The notes: generated from the sequence alone by a model not told the origin. A stretch of DNA of 59,038 nucleotides, filler included, from Ionaspis alba (GCA_964255285.1; 3 parts of 3 records of this genome joined end to end with filler, not necessarily neighbours in it); one strand, 5' to 3'. Positions 13,329 through 26,389 are shown, counted from the first letter of the whole stretch. Numbers and translations are program-made.

Positions 13329-13883
13329 TCAATCTCTTTTCGTGACAGTCGTCTCGCCCGATAACCATCTTGCTACGATCAAGGAACTGCTCCTCATCTG
13401 CCGCGATTTNNNNNNNNNNNNNNNNNNNNNNNNNNNNNNNNNNNNNNNNNNNNNNNNNNNNNNNNNNNNNNNNNNNNNNNNNNNNNNNNNNNNNNNNNNN
13501 NNNNNNNNNCGCCCGATAACCATCTTGCTACGATCAAGGAACTGCTCCTCATCTGCCGCGATTTCAGCAGCTGCTTCTGGCTGACCCACAGCACTTTGGA
13601 AAGCCTGTAGCGCGTCTTGTTTTTCGAATGTAAGCTCTGCGAAGCCATCATAGTCGACAACCTCCTGTGAGCCCATGAGGACCGTTGCAGGATCGTGAAG
13701 GTTTGCAGGTCGGCAGCCGGTGCCATCGGTGCAGTGAATGTAGCGGCACACGTGGGTAAGAGGGAAATGTGGTCCTGCAGTAGACTGAACAAGGGGAACG
13801 TGCTTGTTCTCCCAGTGCTCGCGGAACGCGGCGGGCGTCATTCCAGGCTTGCGGTAGGCGAAGATTATTGCGCTTAGAGTCAT
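13329..13883 (-). CDS. EthD-family (dimeric alpha-beta barrel) protein, spanning an artefactual gap
   Basis: RKPGMTPAAFREHWENKHVPLV...DYDGFAELTF...IAADEEQFLDRSK is typical of fungal EthD. ATG at 13883; removing the gap and one copy of its 55-nt duplicated flank restores ..MVIGETTVTKRD*. Confidence 0.85.
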   Translation of the reverse strand: MTLSAIIFAYRKPGMTPAAFREHWENKHVPLVQSTAGPHFPLTHVCRYIHCTDGTGCRPANLHDPATVLMGSQEVVDYDGFAELTFEKQDALQAFQSAVGQPEAAAEIAADEEQFLDRSKMVIGXXXXXXXXXXXXXXXXXXXXXXXXXXXXXXXXXXKSRQMRSSSLIVARWLSGETTVTKRD

Positions 13884-16204
13884 GTCGATATAAGAATTGG
13901 GTACTTGACAAAAGCGATTTGTTTGACTAAGGACAGACTGGAGGTTTTCTGGCAAATGTTTTGGGAAAAGTGAAGAGTCAACAAAGCTGAATGCTGCCGT
14001 TTGTTCTTGGCCGATACTTGCTCCCTCTAAGCCTCCTCCATCCTGCACCAAATTTTATGAAAGGACGGTATATGGGGAAAGCCTAAGCAAGATAGCCCAA
14101 TTTAAACCTCCTTACCGACTTTCAATGAGATTTTGACCCGATCCACGCATAATAACCACCGGATGATTTCGGAGCAATCTACGAACGTAGACGGAGATAT
14201 ACGCATGAGGATGATAGTGTGAAGCTCCAGCTTAATCTGTCAACAATGCTCTAGTGATTAGATGGGTGCAAAGAGTATTTCAAAGGTTCAAAAGTGTGTA
14301 CTACTCTACGCAGAGCTTATTGTACCCCACAGTATCGTTTTTATTATGGGAAACTGGTTAATGTGATACCATAGTCTACTAAAGCATATACATACCTAGC
14401 GTGAGGTTATGAGTAATGGATACCTTAGACCGCGGAGAATGCTGAACACAGCTGATATTCACCAAGATTGGACAACACTCTAGCTCCCTGCGAGTGTCGA
14501 GAACATTGTCTTTCCAGGTATCATGTAGAGATTGTGATTTCGTTGACATATATATGAACAAAATTTGAAGAGTTCCTCCAAATCATCAACTATTAGCAGA
14601 ACCGGGAAACGATCCCTGCAGCCATTTCAAGAATTGGTGCCGCCAGAAACGATTCAGTCAATTGACTTCGTCAGTTCCTGTTGGCAAATTATGCTGGACC
14701 AGGAACACTCAATTCATGAAAAGGATACACAAGAATGGATAGGGACGATCATATGCATATTATCCTCTTGCACAAAGATTATTGACTGCCAAGCCCAGTC
14801 CCGCAGCGCACGCCAGGAAGTGTTCCGATTTGTGGCACGTCCTGGCAATCGACATGCATTTAAGTTGGTGCTCGATGGCTCCGCGGACCTTATTTCATGT
14901 TCTTCATTGCTGTCTGCTGCGAGAGTCGGATGGAAATGGAGCTGATACTGCCATGTTTGAATGGTAGCAGTCCATCACTCCATAATCACCGAGACTGGAG
15001 ACTGTCCAATTTCTACGCCTCCCAGACAAGGGACTTGTCCGTGTTGAGTGATCCTGACGCTCATTCACTGCCTGCAGTGTTTCTTCAATATCTTGGGGAT
15101 TCTCGCCTTGGATCATGCAGAAGTATCTTCTCTTTGAGCGTTATACAAGATGGCACTGTGTGCTGCAGCGTATAAAGGATTTGAAGTTGTGTATGACCGG
15201 CCGATATTTCTCTACCTTGCATATATCTTGACCTTCGGGATTCTTGAGCTTTTCTTGCTCCTTCAACCGATGAACATTTCTTGAAGTAGCTTCCGACGAG
15301 TTTGCCAGCTACTACCACATGAACAGTGGGAGGGTACGTGGGTAGGGGCTGCACCTTCCCTATCCTCTGTCCACGAATCACGTAGTTTCCTAAGAAATAC
15401 CCGTCCCTAGGAAAGATATGTTTGCTTCAAGTTCGAGGTAGACATTGCAGGCATCAGAAAGCTCGGCATCGAAGGTAAAAGCTGTCTCAAGGCAAGTGTC
15501 CCCGGCCATTTCCTTGAAAATTTGCTTCTAGAGTCGGACAAGGGAGTTGAAGTCAAGGCTCAACACCCTTTGGCTACTTGTTATTGTGTCAGTCACGCGA
15601 TCAAGAGCAAGGGACGCTGGGTTGCGACCGTGTGTAGTGCGAAATACTCGATATCGGAACGTCTTCTTGGTTTCAATGCGCATGCCCGGTGCATAACTTT
15701 CCCCGTACCTCTGAGATATTCAAGTGTCTTGCGCGCTGTACAAAGAGACGAGAGCAGCAGGTGTGTAGGCTGGAGAGTCGTTTGCCATGGGAGATAACTC
15801 CAACGCTCAGGAGTCGCTGCACAGGCGCCGACCGGTATCAACAACACAATTTGCCTTCGCAGTGCCTGTCTCCGTGGCAGACCTACTAATAGAAAAGGAG
15901 AAGATAGCTCATGGCATCTGAAGCAATGCAAGCAGATTGGAAGGTGATCAATAAGAACTTTGACAATGGCGTCCAAAACTGAGATCACAGGCTGGCCTAG
16001 CATATCAGGGACTAGGGCATCCTCTATACAACACCCCACACAAAGACGGACGTCCACAACACTTCATCAACCATCACCCCAGTCGCGAAATTGTCAAATT
16101 CAACAAGACATAGGTATTCTCTCGCTTCTGTCGGATACTCGCTTCTTGTACCCTCCTCTAGCTTTTGGAGTCTGGTTCTTCAACTTCGTCGGCCCCTTGT
16201 TGAC

Positions 16205-16590
16205 TTTCGCCAAAGTCTCCCGGTCGCAGGGGTCTCCTATACGAAATTGACAATCTCAGAGACGACTACGCTCATCCACCTGCAAAAGTTTCCCTGAGCT
16301 GTCGTCAAGCTGCGTATATTGCTCTTCTTCAACCTTATCGAATCCACACTGGTTTGGGCCACGAGTTCTGCTGTCGGTTTTCCCTAAAGTCTCACCGGTC
16401 GCGAGAGCGCCCTAACAGTATTGGACGATCTCAAGACCGCCACGTTCATCGACTGGTAGAGCTCTGCTTGATTTAATATCGATCAAATCTCTCTTCTTCT
16501 CTTTTCTAATCATATTGAACCTTGATCGGGTTGGACGATTGGTTCTGGGGTCGTTATTCGCAAAAATCCCTCGGTCGCAAGGACGTTTGT
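16205..16590. repeat. Diverged non-coding tandem repeat, about 175-bp period, about 2.2 copies
   Basis: CGGTCGC cores at 16221, 16396 and 16572 (spacing 175, 176). The first two units share AAAGTCTC-CCGGTCGC...GAC.ATCTCA.AGAC...ACG.TCATC.AC...CTCTTCTTC...GTTCTG..GTCG. Confidence 0.55.
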
Positions 16591-17035
16591 CGACTCCTTA
16601 TACCAACTCAGCAACATCAGAATCGTCAAATTCATTGCAACAATCACACACTCATCTGCTTCCGACATCTTGACTTGCCATACAGCAGAAGGTTCTGTCA
16701 ATTGGCCAGAAGCATAAGAGGTTTCTTATTTATCAGGTAAATACCCCTTTTCATGACCGTCTACCCTCGCTTCTGGTAAGCGAGGAGAGGCCTGGGCCTC
16801 GAAGATATGCAAAACATACACCAAACCCAAAGGTGATCTTCACAAGCTGACTCATCGATAGAAGCATCTTCGTATTTATCATGTCTTCAAACCCGTCAAG
16901 GTCGCTGAATCCTTTTCGAAGGGATACGACNNNNNNNNNNNNNNNNNNNNNNNNNNNNNNNNNNNNNNNNNNNNNNNNNNNNNNNNNNNNNNNNNNNNNN
17001 NNNNNNNNNNNNNNNNNNNNNNNNNNNNNNTTATC

Positions 17036-19673
17036 ATGTCTTCAAACCCGTCAAGGTCGCTGAATCCTTTTCGAAGGGATACGACAAGCAGTGATGACGA
17101 AGCCTCCTCTCCTCTTCCGACTTCGAATCTGTCCCCAAGCCCCACCACCACGTCCCGCATGGGTCCGGAGACGTTTGAAAGCCCCTTGTCTCAGTCGTTT
17201 CCATCGAATACTCAGCAAGTGCCCAGAAACGCGTCCAGCGGTACAGTTCGATCACAGGTGCAGCGTCTTGAGCAGCAGCAGGCAGCCGCCAGCCAGCACA
17301 ACCCATTTCGACGAGCGAATGCCTTTGGAAGCGATACGAGACTTGCTTCTCTATCAGAAGGACGTCCCATTGGTAGCGGTTCTTTCCCTGCCCAGCATAG
17401 TCCATGGGCAGCTTCTGATAGTCTACCGGTGAGCATGATTGGCTCAGAAAATGTCTCTCTAGGGCCTCGATTCCCAAGTTTTGGAGAGAGAAACAGTCCG
17501 GAGCCCCAGGAACTTAGCCAGGAGGAGCCCGGCTTCGAGAGCCTTTTGCGCATTCGTCATTCAGCTTCTTCTGACGAAATCAGCTTTCGACGCAATTCTA
17601 ACTGGCTCGACATTGAACCAGACCAAGGATTGGAGATCAGCTCTGACAATCGTCGTTCTGGTGTACGCTCGGGAAGCATATCGTTTGGTCGACTCAACAT
17701 GCACCGTGGCGTTGAGATTCCAGGAATCGCGGTTCAAGTATATGATTCTGCACACTCGCGAGCAAATACTCCTTTTGACCCTCATCCTTTGTCGACTCGT
17801 CTCTTGTTACCGGCTGTTCCACATTTGTCGTCCACGACTGGCAGTGAAGCTATTGTTTCAGGAGCTCCCATTCTCCTCCGACCGCGCTCAAGAGCAAGTA
17901 CGCCTCTGGAGACTCGCCTCTCGTCGTCTGGACTTTCGCTGCCTCATATACCGAGCCTTTCCCCACTTGCAAGCAGTGAAGAGGTTGCGTCAGGAGCCTC
18001 TATGCTCGCAGAACCATACGCTGGAGCCCATTCCGTCTTTAACGCTGAGGCCCAAAGAGAATTTTCCGATTTGACGTTAGGACAGCGAATTCGTCAAGGT
18101 CTTCGTGCTTCGACCGCAACCAATCAGAGCACTTTGTCGCGTGAGTTCAGAATTATAGAAAGCTCTCGACCTACAGCCACGCTCGCACTTGATAACCACG
18201 GACAGTCGTTTCAAGAATTTGAACCTGCATTCACTGAAAGTGGACGGTCAGTTTATGAACTCGAAGCAGTGGAGGGAAGGCAACAGTCAGGTCATCATGA
18301 ACGCTCTACCGCCGGTCGTACTCCACCTCTTCAGACTCTCGGCTTCGGACGTCCTCCTACTCGCCATGGTCCACCTCGTATTGATACATTGTTCGCCGGT
18401 TCGACTTCTGCTGAGACTTCGAATACCGTAACTGATTCTCGTGGTGATGGAGCTGCTGTACGTCGGACTAGCGCTGAGAACACTGAAGACGCTGAAGACA
18501 ATGATTGGGAGACAGATATTGGAAGCCACGCAGTGCCAGAAAGCCGCTTAGCGTATACTGGTCTCGACGTACCAAGAACGGGAAGCAGTCTCGCTGACAA
18601 CTCTGACTCGGGAAGTTTAAGCCCACCGAAACAGTCTACTAGCCTCTTCCCAAATCGCCCGATCTTAAGTCATCCGCCTCACCCAAGATATGCGAGTAGT
18701 GCCGTAACGCTACCGGTCAACCAACCTGGAGGAGCAATTGCTCTCATCCCGAATTACCCACCGACGTTGCAGACCACGCTAAGCCCTCGAGATAGAGTCG
18801 TACAGTCACAACTTGGACGATTTCAAAACGCAGACGTGAGACCGGAAGCAGCTAGTTACCGCCATCCCAGCCCTCTCAGAGCCGGACACGAACACCCTTT
18901 CCGAAGTTCGCCACCCTCATTTACTAGCAGTCGCAGAGCAGAGCTATCGTCGACAAGTCTCGGAACGTCTCGAACCGCGAATGTGGAGACTCAGGGGCCT
19001 GTGGTCTACCGCAGTGAGACCATGCAGTTGGCCGGAAATCGACGGCGAGCACTGCGGAGAGAAAGAGAGCGTGCAGAAATGCCGGAAGAAGTTCAAGTAA
19101 GTTCATCAGCATCTCCGTAACCCTTGAGCGAGATCGATCGCGCTCTGTTCAGAGTTAGTGGATCAACTAGCCTCACCTCACCTTTGTCACCTCAACTCTT
19201 TCCCTCATAACGCTTTCTCCTACAACACAACAAGCACAATCACTCTTGACCACGCAATAAGCTTCATCATGGTGACATGATACTGATCAACCAATAGGTT
19301 GAGGCTACTGCAACACGTGGACAGGTGGATAGGAGCGGAGGAGGATTACAAGCTGTAAGTCGTTCTTCTGGGTGCTCAACTCCCACATATCTACCACACA
19401 GAGTTGACTACCTTACGCGTATTTTGAGAGCTGACCAGAACGCAGCCACTGAGCTTGACCTCAAGGCGGTACCCAAATCGGGGAAACCAAAACACCCAAA
19501 TCACCATCGCCTCCAATCTCTCCACCATCTTCACGGTGGACGAAGCAGAAAGCAATTTCGAGGACGTACCACTGGGCCCAGCTCCCTCGGGCGCCAGGAA
19601 CCTCGACCGCCAACGCCAAGAGCTCGTCAGGAGCGGCTTCGCCCAACCTCTCTCCTCCCCCTCGCCTCTCACC
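17036..19673 (+). CDS. Ser/Pro/Arg-rich, probably disordered hypothetical protein, 3'-truncated at the scaffold end
   Basis: 694-aa ORF, then plausible introns 19097-19297 and from 19355; frame open to the linker. No domain recognised. Confidence 0.7.
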
Positions 19674-19773
19674 NNNNNNNNNNNNNNNNNNNNNNNNNNN
19701 NNNNNNNNNNNNNNNNNTTAATTAATTAANNNNNNNNNNNNNNNNNNNNNNNNNNNNNNNNNNNNNNNNNNNN
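19674..19773. other. Artificial scaffold linker N44-TTAATTAATTAA-N44
   Basis: Six-frame stop 12-mer at 19718-19729 centred in Ns; total length exactly 100. Confidence 0.95.
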
Positions 19774-20295
19774 TAGTCTTCTATCATCACACCAAACACT
19801 TTGCCCGTGGTAGTTGAAAATCCAAGATACATTCACGAGATATTCTCTAATCAAATAATTATAAGGGCATGACCACGACTGTGCGAGACTATACATCGAT
19901 CTAGCTCTGGGAACAGATGAAGAAGCGGCAATATCTCCTGCTACTTTATTTCATACGGGCTTGACCTCAACGATTGCTCTGAACGGAAGCCCAGATGGTT
20001 AGTTTTCGGGTGATTAGTGATCGATTCTCATGTACTAATTGATATAGAGCATCTTACCAGAGCGTTCAGCCAAGCTACAATCGGCATCGAAAGAACGCTG
20101 GGTGAGCTGAAGGACAATTGATTGAGACCATATCTTCTTCATGAGCAAGCATCCGCCACCACCTGGTATTTCTGATTATTTACACCCCACTCCCCGCCCC
20201 GTTCATTGAGATTTCTCGAAATCTACCTCACCGATCCATCACAGCCTGAGATGCTGTGGTAAGCACTGCCCACGAATCTACCCGTGTAGCCAGCC

Positions 20296-20754
20296 CTAGA
20301 GAGCTTCTAGCAATAGGCTTGGAGCAGCTTCAGCGATACTGTTATACTCCTTGGACAAGGTGTTTTCGTCTCCACTTCCAGCCGCAACTTTAACATGCGC
20401 CAACGTGAGGCCACCCAGCATAGATGCTTCAACATTTGTACTCATCGCATCCCTCTCTGCTTTCTCTTCCACGAGTCTCATTCCATTGACGCCTAGGAAG
20501 GCGTTGGCGGCCAGCACTGCGGTCCGCTTATTGCCATCGCCGTAAGCGTGGTTTTTTATGATTTTGTACGCCAGTAGTGCAGCCAGAGTGACCGTATCCG
20601 TCTCGCCTGTGTAGTGGAAATGATTGAGAGGAGAGTGGGATGCAGATTCGAGGAGATGCTTTGAAAGGCGCGGAGAAGGGTGTATGAAGGTAAGGTGTAG
20701 GCGGGCAATGTGAGAGGGAGTGAGAAAACGGGGAAGGGGGCGCACACCGGCCAT
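20296..20754 (-). CDS. Doc (death-on-curing)-type Fic-fold protein, intronless, 152 aa
   Basis: Motif KNHAYGDGNKRTA plus Doc-like segments FLTPSHIARLH, LLESA...PLNHFHY, LAALLAYKI and AFLGVNG; ATG at 20754. Confidence 0.88.
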   Translation of the reverse strand: MAGVRPLPRFLTPSHIARLHLTFIHPSPRLSKHLLESASHSPLNHFHYTGETDTVTLAALLAYKIIKNHAYGDGNKRTAVLAANAFLGVNGMRLVEEKAERDAMSTNVEASMLGGLTLAHVKVAAGSGDENTLSKEYNSIAEAAPSLLLEAL

Positions 20755-21512
20755 GCTGGCTCTGGCTGGAATAGAAGGCAATAATGAAAGAAACGGTCTG
20801 ACTTATACTTTGACGTCGGGGAAAGACTAGATACTTTAGTCTGCTATTTGGTGTAGACTTCCCAAGGAATTGAAATACATAGTGCACCAAGCCATATTAA
20901 GACGTGATTATCCTCCACATACATTGAGCGGACTTGACAGCCACAACCATGTTATCTAAGCTGTCCCCGGTCGATCAGATAATAGAAGGAGTAATATAAT
21001 TAAAGTGCGGCTGTTCTGACGATAGTAGTAACAGTGTAATGCCGAATTGAAAGTTCATGCTTATATTGTTATGCTCTACTAGCTAGCTTGACCCAATTGC
21101 CACCCTACTAATTAGGCAAAGAGAATATCGAAGCCCAATTAGACCATGAAGGCCGCGATATCCGCCGTCTCTTTCAACCCATGCCTAACCACCCCCAGTA
21201 CTTATCTCCATGTTCTTGCTTGCTACGCCGGTCGCTATGCTGAAATATGCAGAGGGCGGGCAGAACGGTCCCAGAATGAAGTACAGCTTAAATGACACAC
21301 AAAGAAATGGAGAACGATAGAACTCAAGGATGCTATTGCAGCAACCCTGAGTGGTTGCTGTTTCGATGCGCACTGACAGCGTAATGTGCACGACTACAGT
21401 CTCATATTCCGAGGTAGACGTTGCCAAATAGGCAGGATTAAAACGTGGCTAAATCCATGGCGAAAAGGCGAACACGGGCTGAAAGTTGAGATTTACAAGA
21501 CCTATGGGAAAC

Positions 21513-24500
21513 TCAGAGTATCAAGACTCTTGAGCTGTCTCCAAGGAATTTGGTGCGGTATGCGGCTATTTCTGATGCGACAGTATGGAAGTCTGTGACT
21601 TTCCTTCCGCGCATCTGGTGTATGGTCTGCTTCAGACCATTGACATAGGCATCTTTGTCTTCCGCAGTGCTGCCCTCCTGGAAGGAAGTCAATTGGACCA
21701 GTATCTTATCATCTGTGACAGTTAGATAGCCTATGTCAGCAGAAGACCACCAAATACGCACGCCGGAAAGGAATCAACCCATACATAGAGGACAAAGGAA
21801 AGAGCGTAGGTGAAAAAGAACGACCACGATGTAGATAGCATAGCGAGATAAGCAAGAAATTATGATAGCATGGACGCACCAGTCAAGCGCATACTGTCGA
21901 AATGCTGATAAATGCAAGAACTATCATTGCAGATGCCTCCTGCTAATTCCCATTTGCACAGTCGCTTCTGGGAATCAATTTTGTGACTATAAGTCAAGGA
22001 ACGGAAGCCTCCAGCTATGTCTGAAACGTACTTTGGATGATAGCGGTAGGACGTGAAGATCTTGAGAGGACTGTCGTATGGAGTGAAATAGCTTGAACCG
22101 AGTTTGCCGTCATTTTGAAGGATCTATGGGAGAGTCAGGATATGAATATAAGGACGAGATTCATCCTACTTCTTCGAATTCTCCATCCCGATGCTTTGAA
22201 GCTACGGTTTTAGCACGATCATTATCGTCGGTTGAAGATTTCTGTGTAGTTTGAGACACCTCGGGAGGGTTGTCTGTCTGTACCTGCTTGCTATTCCGGG
22301 CTTCGGAAGCCACAGGATTTAGATTAGAAGCCTCAAATCTTGGTGACGCTCCCGCGTCATCTACAAGGATGTTTGGTTCGGGGGGCTCATAATCGTCGGA
22401 ATCGCTAATATCAACGGAAGATGTGCTTCTTGACGTTTGTCCTTCCTCTCTAGAACTGGAGTGTATCGATTCTACGTGCGCGGCTTCGAGACCTCCGAGG
22501 GTGTCACTTACCTTGCCTCCAACAGGAGCATCAAGCCGCGTATGGTCGGGAGCTTGAACGTCGAGCTCATCATCGGCAGAGTAGGTGCTTTTTGCGAGCC
22601 CAGATGATCGACGAGAATCTAAATCGTCGTCCAGTCGGGGTTCGTAATCGTCTTGTAGAGCATGGGATTCCGATCCACTAACGCCATCGTCCACTGCGCC
22701 TTGAGGCGGGGAGTTAGGAGTTTCGGCCGCATGGTGGATTACAGCAGAGTCAATCGGCGTACTGTATTTACTGGCCGATAATAGTGGCTGCAAAACCCCA
22801 GATGTTGTCTGCGGTGAGTCGACGTGCATGGAAGTAGAAGGCTGCGAAGGGCGGTCGGGGTCTATATTGGTCTCCCCGTTCCAATTCTCTGCTGTAGGAT
22901 CGGTAGGTCCTGTTTTGTCTGTGACGAATTAGCTGCGGAATAGAGTAGAAAGGGGAAGAACATGTGTGTTGTTCGCTGTTTGATTGAGGCACAGCCACTA
23001 AAACTTATTTACCTTGAATGGCAATATCAGTATTTGCTTCGGTGTCTTGTATTTCCTCGTGCTCGCTGAGCTTGTTCTCCATCTCGAGAGATGAGAGGAG
23101 GGCATCGAGCTCCTCGAGGATTAGACGTCGTCCTTCAGAACCTCGTTTGATTTCTTCCTCTAGCTCTTCCTTCTGTCTTCGTAATTTCTCAAGTCCAAGC
23201 CTGGCAGTCTCAATCTGGGCATCGAGAGCAGGAAGAGCAGCTTCAAGTGCAGTTTTTCGGTTCTGGCGATAACGTTTTTCAGTTACAGTTGTGGCTCTTG
23301 CGGCTCCTTGACGTTCCTCCTCGGCCTTCGCAAGAACGGCAGCCTGGACTTTTCTGTCTGCTTCGAGGTTGTTCTCCATCGCTGATTGAGCAGCATCTAG
23401 GATGTTCTTCCGAGCCTGTAATTGCTCACTAACTGTTTCAAGCGCTTGATCTTTGTCCTTGGTGGCATTAGGCCCAGTGGCCGATGCCACTGGTGATGCG
23501 CCTCGAGCACATCCAGCTTCGGGAGTCTGCTGAGTCAAGTACACGGCAGGAGTCTGCACTCCGCTGACTGTTTCCCTTGCCTTCTTGCGTCGTTCAGTCT
23601 CAGCAATCTTCTGCTTCAGTGCCCGGATCTTCTCCTCCGTGCGTGCCAACTCCTCCGGCTCAATAACCTTCCCAGGTGTTTGTACTGCTGGTGGCGTATA
23701 TGAAGGAGTAATTTGAGCTGTAGATCGCATGGGCAGATTGCTCGACGGAGGTAACTCACGAATTGCCGTAGCTTTAGTAGTCTGCCGGTCGATTGACCTA
23801 GCCGAACGAGAAGTTTCCGATGGCACGACGCCATCGAGCTCCGTGCCGTCAGAGTTATCGCCCTCATCCTCCTCATCTTCACTGACTTCAATGAAGACTT
23901 GCACATGACCGGTCGAGCCGATTCGCCTCTTGACTCTGTTCGAAGGAGCGTCGATGAAATCAGCAGCTGTGGCACGTTTACGCGTCTTATCAACTGTGTT
24001 CGGCATTAGAGGCGTTTTGGTCGTCTCCTCGATCATCACTGTGTCAGTTTCGCTTGCCGAGGGAATAGATGCGCTTGGATCACGATCCGGCTTGATAGCT
24101 GTAGCCGGCAATTCTGATTCCTTCAGCTCATCAGTGCGGCGATAGGGAGGGTAAATAGGATTACTGAGGGCAGTATCACTCTGAGCTGTGGATTGTTCAA
24201 GGTGGGATGATTGAGATTCTGGCTGATAGGAGCTATTCAGGCCAGGAAGGCCATTTGGCCACGGTGTCTCCAAGCTGGCAAAGAATGGAGTCGCGGGAGT
24301 GTATTCTCCGTCAAGATTTTCTTGAACCGTAATCTGTGGAGTGGCCGAGATCTGCAAGTGGGCTGACGGCTGCTTAGATAGGGATATCGAACCTGAGTCA
24401 TAAGTAGAATTTGGGTCTGCCGCGAAACTTGGAGACGACTGAGGAGACTGTAGAGTCTCTACAAAACGCCCTGATACTTCTCGCAAGCTACTTCCACGTT

Positions 24501-26389
24501 TCAAAGCCTCTGTCTTCTGGCGTAACAGCTCCGTTTGAGCCTTTTTCTTGGCATCAAAGCCGGTCTGAGATGTAAGCCCTGGCGAGAATGAAGCTTTCAA
24601 GGAGGGATCCAGGTCAGGTCTTGGAGTCAGGTCCTCAGGACGTAATCTCCCGGTCGAGTTTTCCGCGGGTTTCGTGGTAGATTCGGGAGCTTTTGACACC
24701 TTAGCTGCTACTGGCTTACCAGTCCGTTCAGCGATCATCCTTGCGATGTAATCCTTGCGTTCAAAAGTTTGGTCGACCTTCGTTTTGCCGGCTGATTTGG
24801 ATGATGGAAAGGCAACGGAGATCTTGTGCTTCTGGGCTTGAGTCTTGCTTTCGGTTGGCAGCTTAGACACATTTAATTCTGGCATCGATCTTTCGCCAGG
24901 AGTATTTTGAGATAGGTCTAATGTCTCAGAAGGGGAATCTGAAGTGAGAACGTTCTGACGGTCGAGCTTGTCAGCTGGTAGTGAGAGCTCTGTGCGCGGT
25001 AGTATCGAGAGCCTTGTCGAAATGTCTGAACCTTGGTCTGTTGAGGCGACAGTGAAACCAAGACTAGATGTGGGTCTCGCCAAATTTGGAGGTACCAATA
25101 CTTCATCGACTTGTATGCCAGCTTCAAGGTAAAGCTCCTTCAGAAGGGACGCATCGATACCTTCTGCAGAGAGTTGCTCTAATCCGATACGATTCTGATG
25201 CAAGTCTATAAGGGCACCCTTGGCTTTCGTGCGCAAGTCCTCTAGTTCAGGGTTCAATTTGTTTTTTGGGAGGATGTTCGAAATCTGTGGAGTGGTTGTG
25301 CCGACGAGGGAATGACCGTGGAGCTCGTCCGTGTGATGGCGCGCAGTACCAGAATGTCCAGCCAATGTTACTTCGTGGGAATTGCCAATCTCAATGCTTG
25401 TCGTGGAGACCTCGGGTTTGGCTGTACACGTATCAGAATGATACTGTTCATAGGCTAATATTCCACGTATGAAATAGATAGCAGACCTTTGCTTTCAGAC
25501 GCTCCGCCGAATCTAGATACTTGAGATGACGTATCACCTTGTTGTGCTGTTGGAGGTAAATTGTGTTGATTCTGCATAGGTTGACTCGTCAAGGAAGTTT
25601 GGTCGGTGAGGTTTGCACCTGTTTCGTCGTTAGCAAGAATAATTATGTTAAGCGATCAGCTTCGTCCGTGGTCATGGTGCGCTTACCCTGTTTCTCCGTT
25701 TGTGATTCAACCACGGATGTTCCTATCGCAGGAAGTACGCCATTTTTAGGTGTGCCGCGGTTTTGGATCGACGATAGCTTCAGCGATTGCGTCGAAGTCG
25801 TCGAAGTCGTCGAAGTCGAACCGTTTGCTATTTTGCGGATCTCGAAATCACTCAATTCTCCGTCTTCTCTCTCTCCAACGCCACTTACTTTAGACTTCTC
25901 TGTATGGGCTGCTAAAGGTCCAGAATCGACTGGAGGGGACAATGGTTTCGGGGGAAGACTTGTATGTGGTTGAAGAGCACTAGGGTTTGCAACTTGCGAG
26001 GACGATAGTGATGAACGCTGCGAAATGATAGGATACGGCGGAAGAGGGACCGGTGGATAGGGTGGCGGAGGAAGTGTATTGTGGGAGAAGTGACCATAGC
26101 TTTGGAAATGTGGAAGGTTCTGGCCGGTATTGTTTCCAGGACCTCTGACATGGGGAATTTGAGAATTGACGTTGTAGCCGTATTGATTAACATATTGACC
26201 CGAGTGAACGTTGTGGGGGTGTTGTTGCATGTACACGCCGTCGCGACGCTGTGGAAACGTGGTTTGAGGGGTTATCGTGCTCGCAGGGTGGCTACCTCCA
26301 AAGGGTGGTGGCAATGGTGGCGGTGGGGGATACTGCCCGTTGTATTGATATGGTCCCCCGAAGAAAGGATCTGGAGGATAGCTTGACAT
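21513..26389 (-). CDS. red1: Red1/ZFC3H1-like zf-C3H1 protein (MTREC/NURS RNA-surveillance scaffold), multi-exon
   Basis: Pro-rich N-terminal ORF, 786-aa coiled-coil ORF, then a spliced exon near 21880-22124 reading FTPYDSPLKIFTSYRYHPKY...GGFRSLTYSHKID...LCKWELAGGICNDSSCIYQHF, and last exon DDKILVQL...LGDSSRVLIL*. Confidence 0.8.

Noticed and set aside
13329..13883. EthD gene as a marker of a secondary-metabolite cluster
   Set aside because: No PKS, NRPS, tailoring enzyme or transporter genes nearby on this scaffold.
14060..16200. Several 60-150 aa ORFs between EthD and the Ser-rich gene, considered as a decayed gene or transposon
   Set aside because: No recognisable motif, consistent splice pattern or terminal repeat; cannot support a call.
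16205..16590. Periodic repeats as a CRISPR-like array
   Set aside because: Eukaryotic context; units are diverged along their whole length, with no identical repeat-unique spacer pattern and no cas genes.
19718..19729. TTAATTAATTAA as a piggyBac TTAA site or regulatory palindrome
   Set aside because: Centred in N runs and repeated identically at 39411-39422; it is a synthetic linker.
20755..21512. Possible Phd-like antitoxin upstream of the Doc-like gene (ORFs 20528-20890, 21185-21427)
   Set aside because: Non-ATG or low-quality ORFs with no Phd/YefM-like features; more likely promoter and red1 3' UTR.
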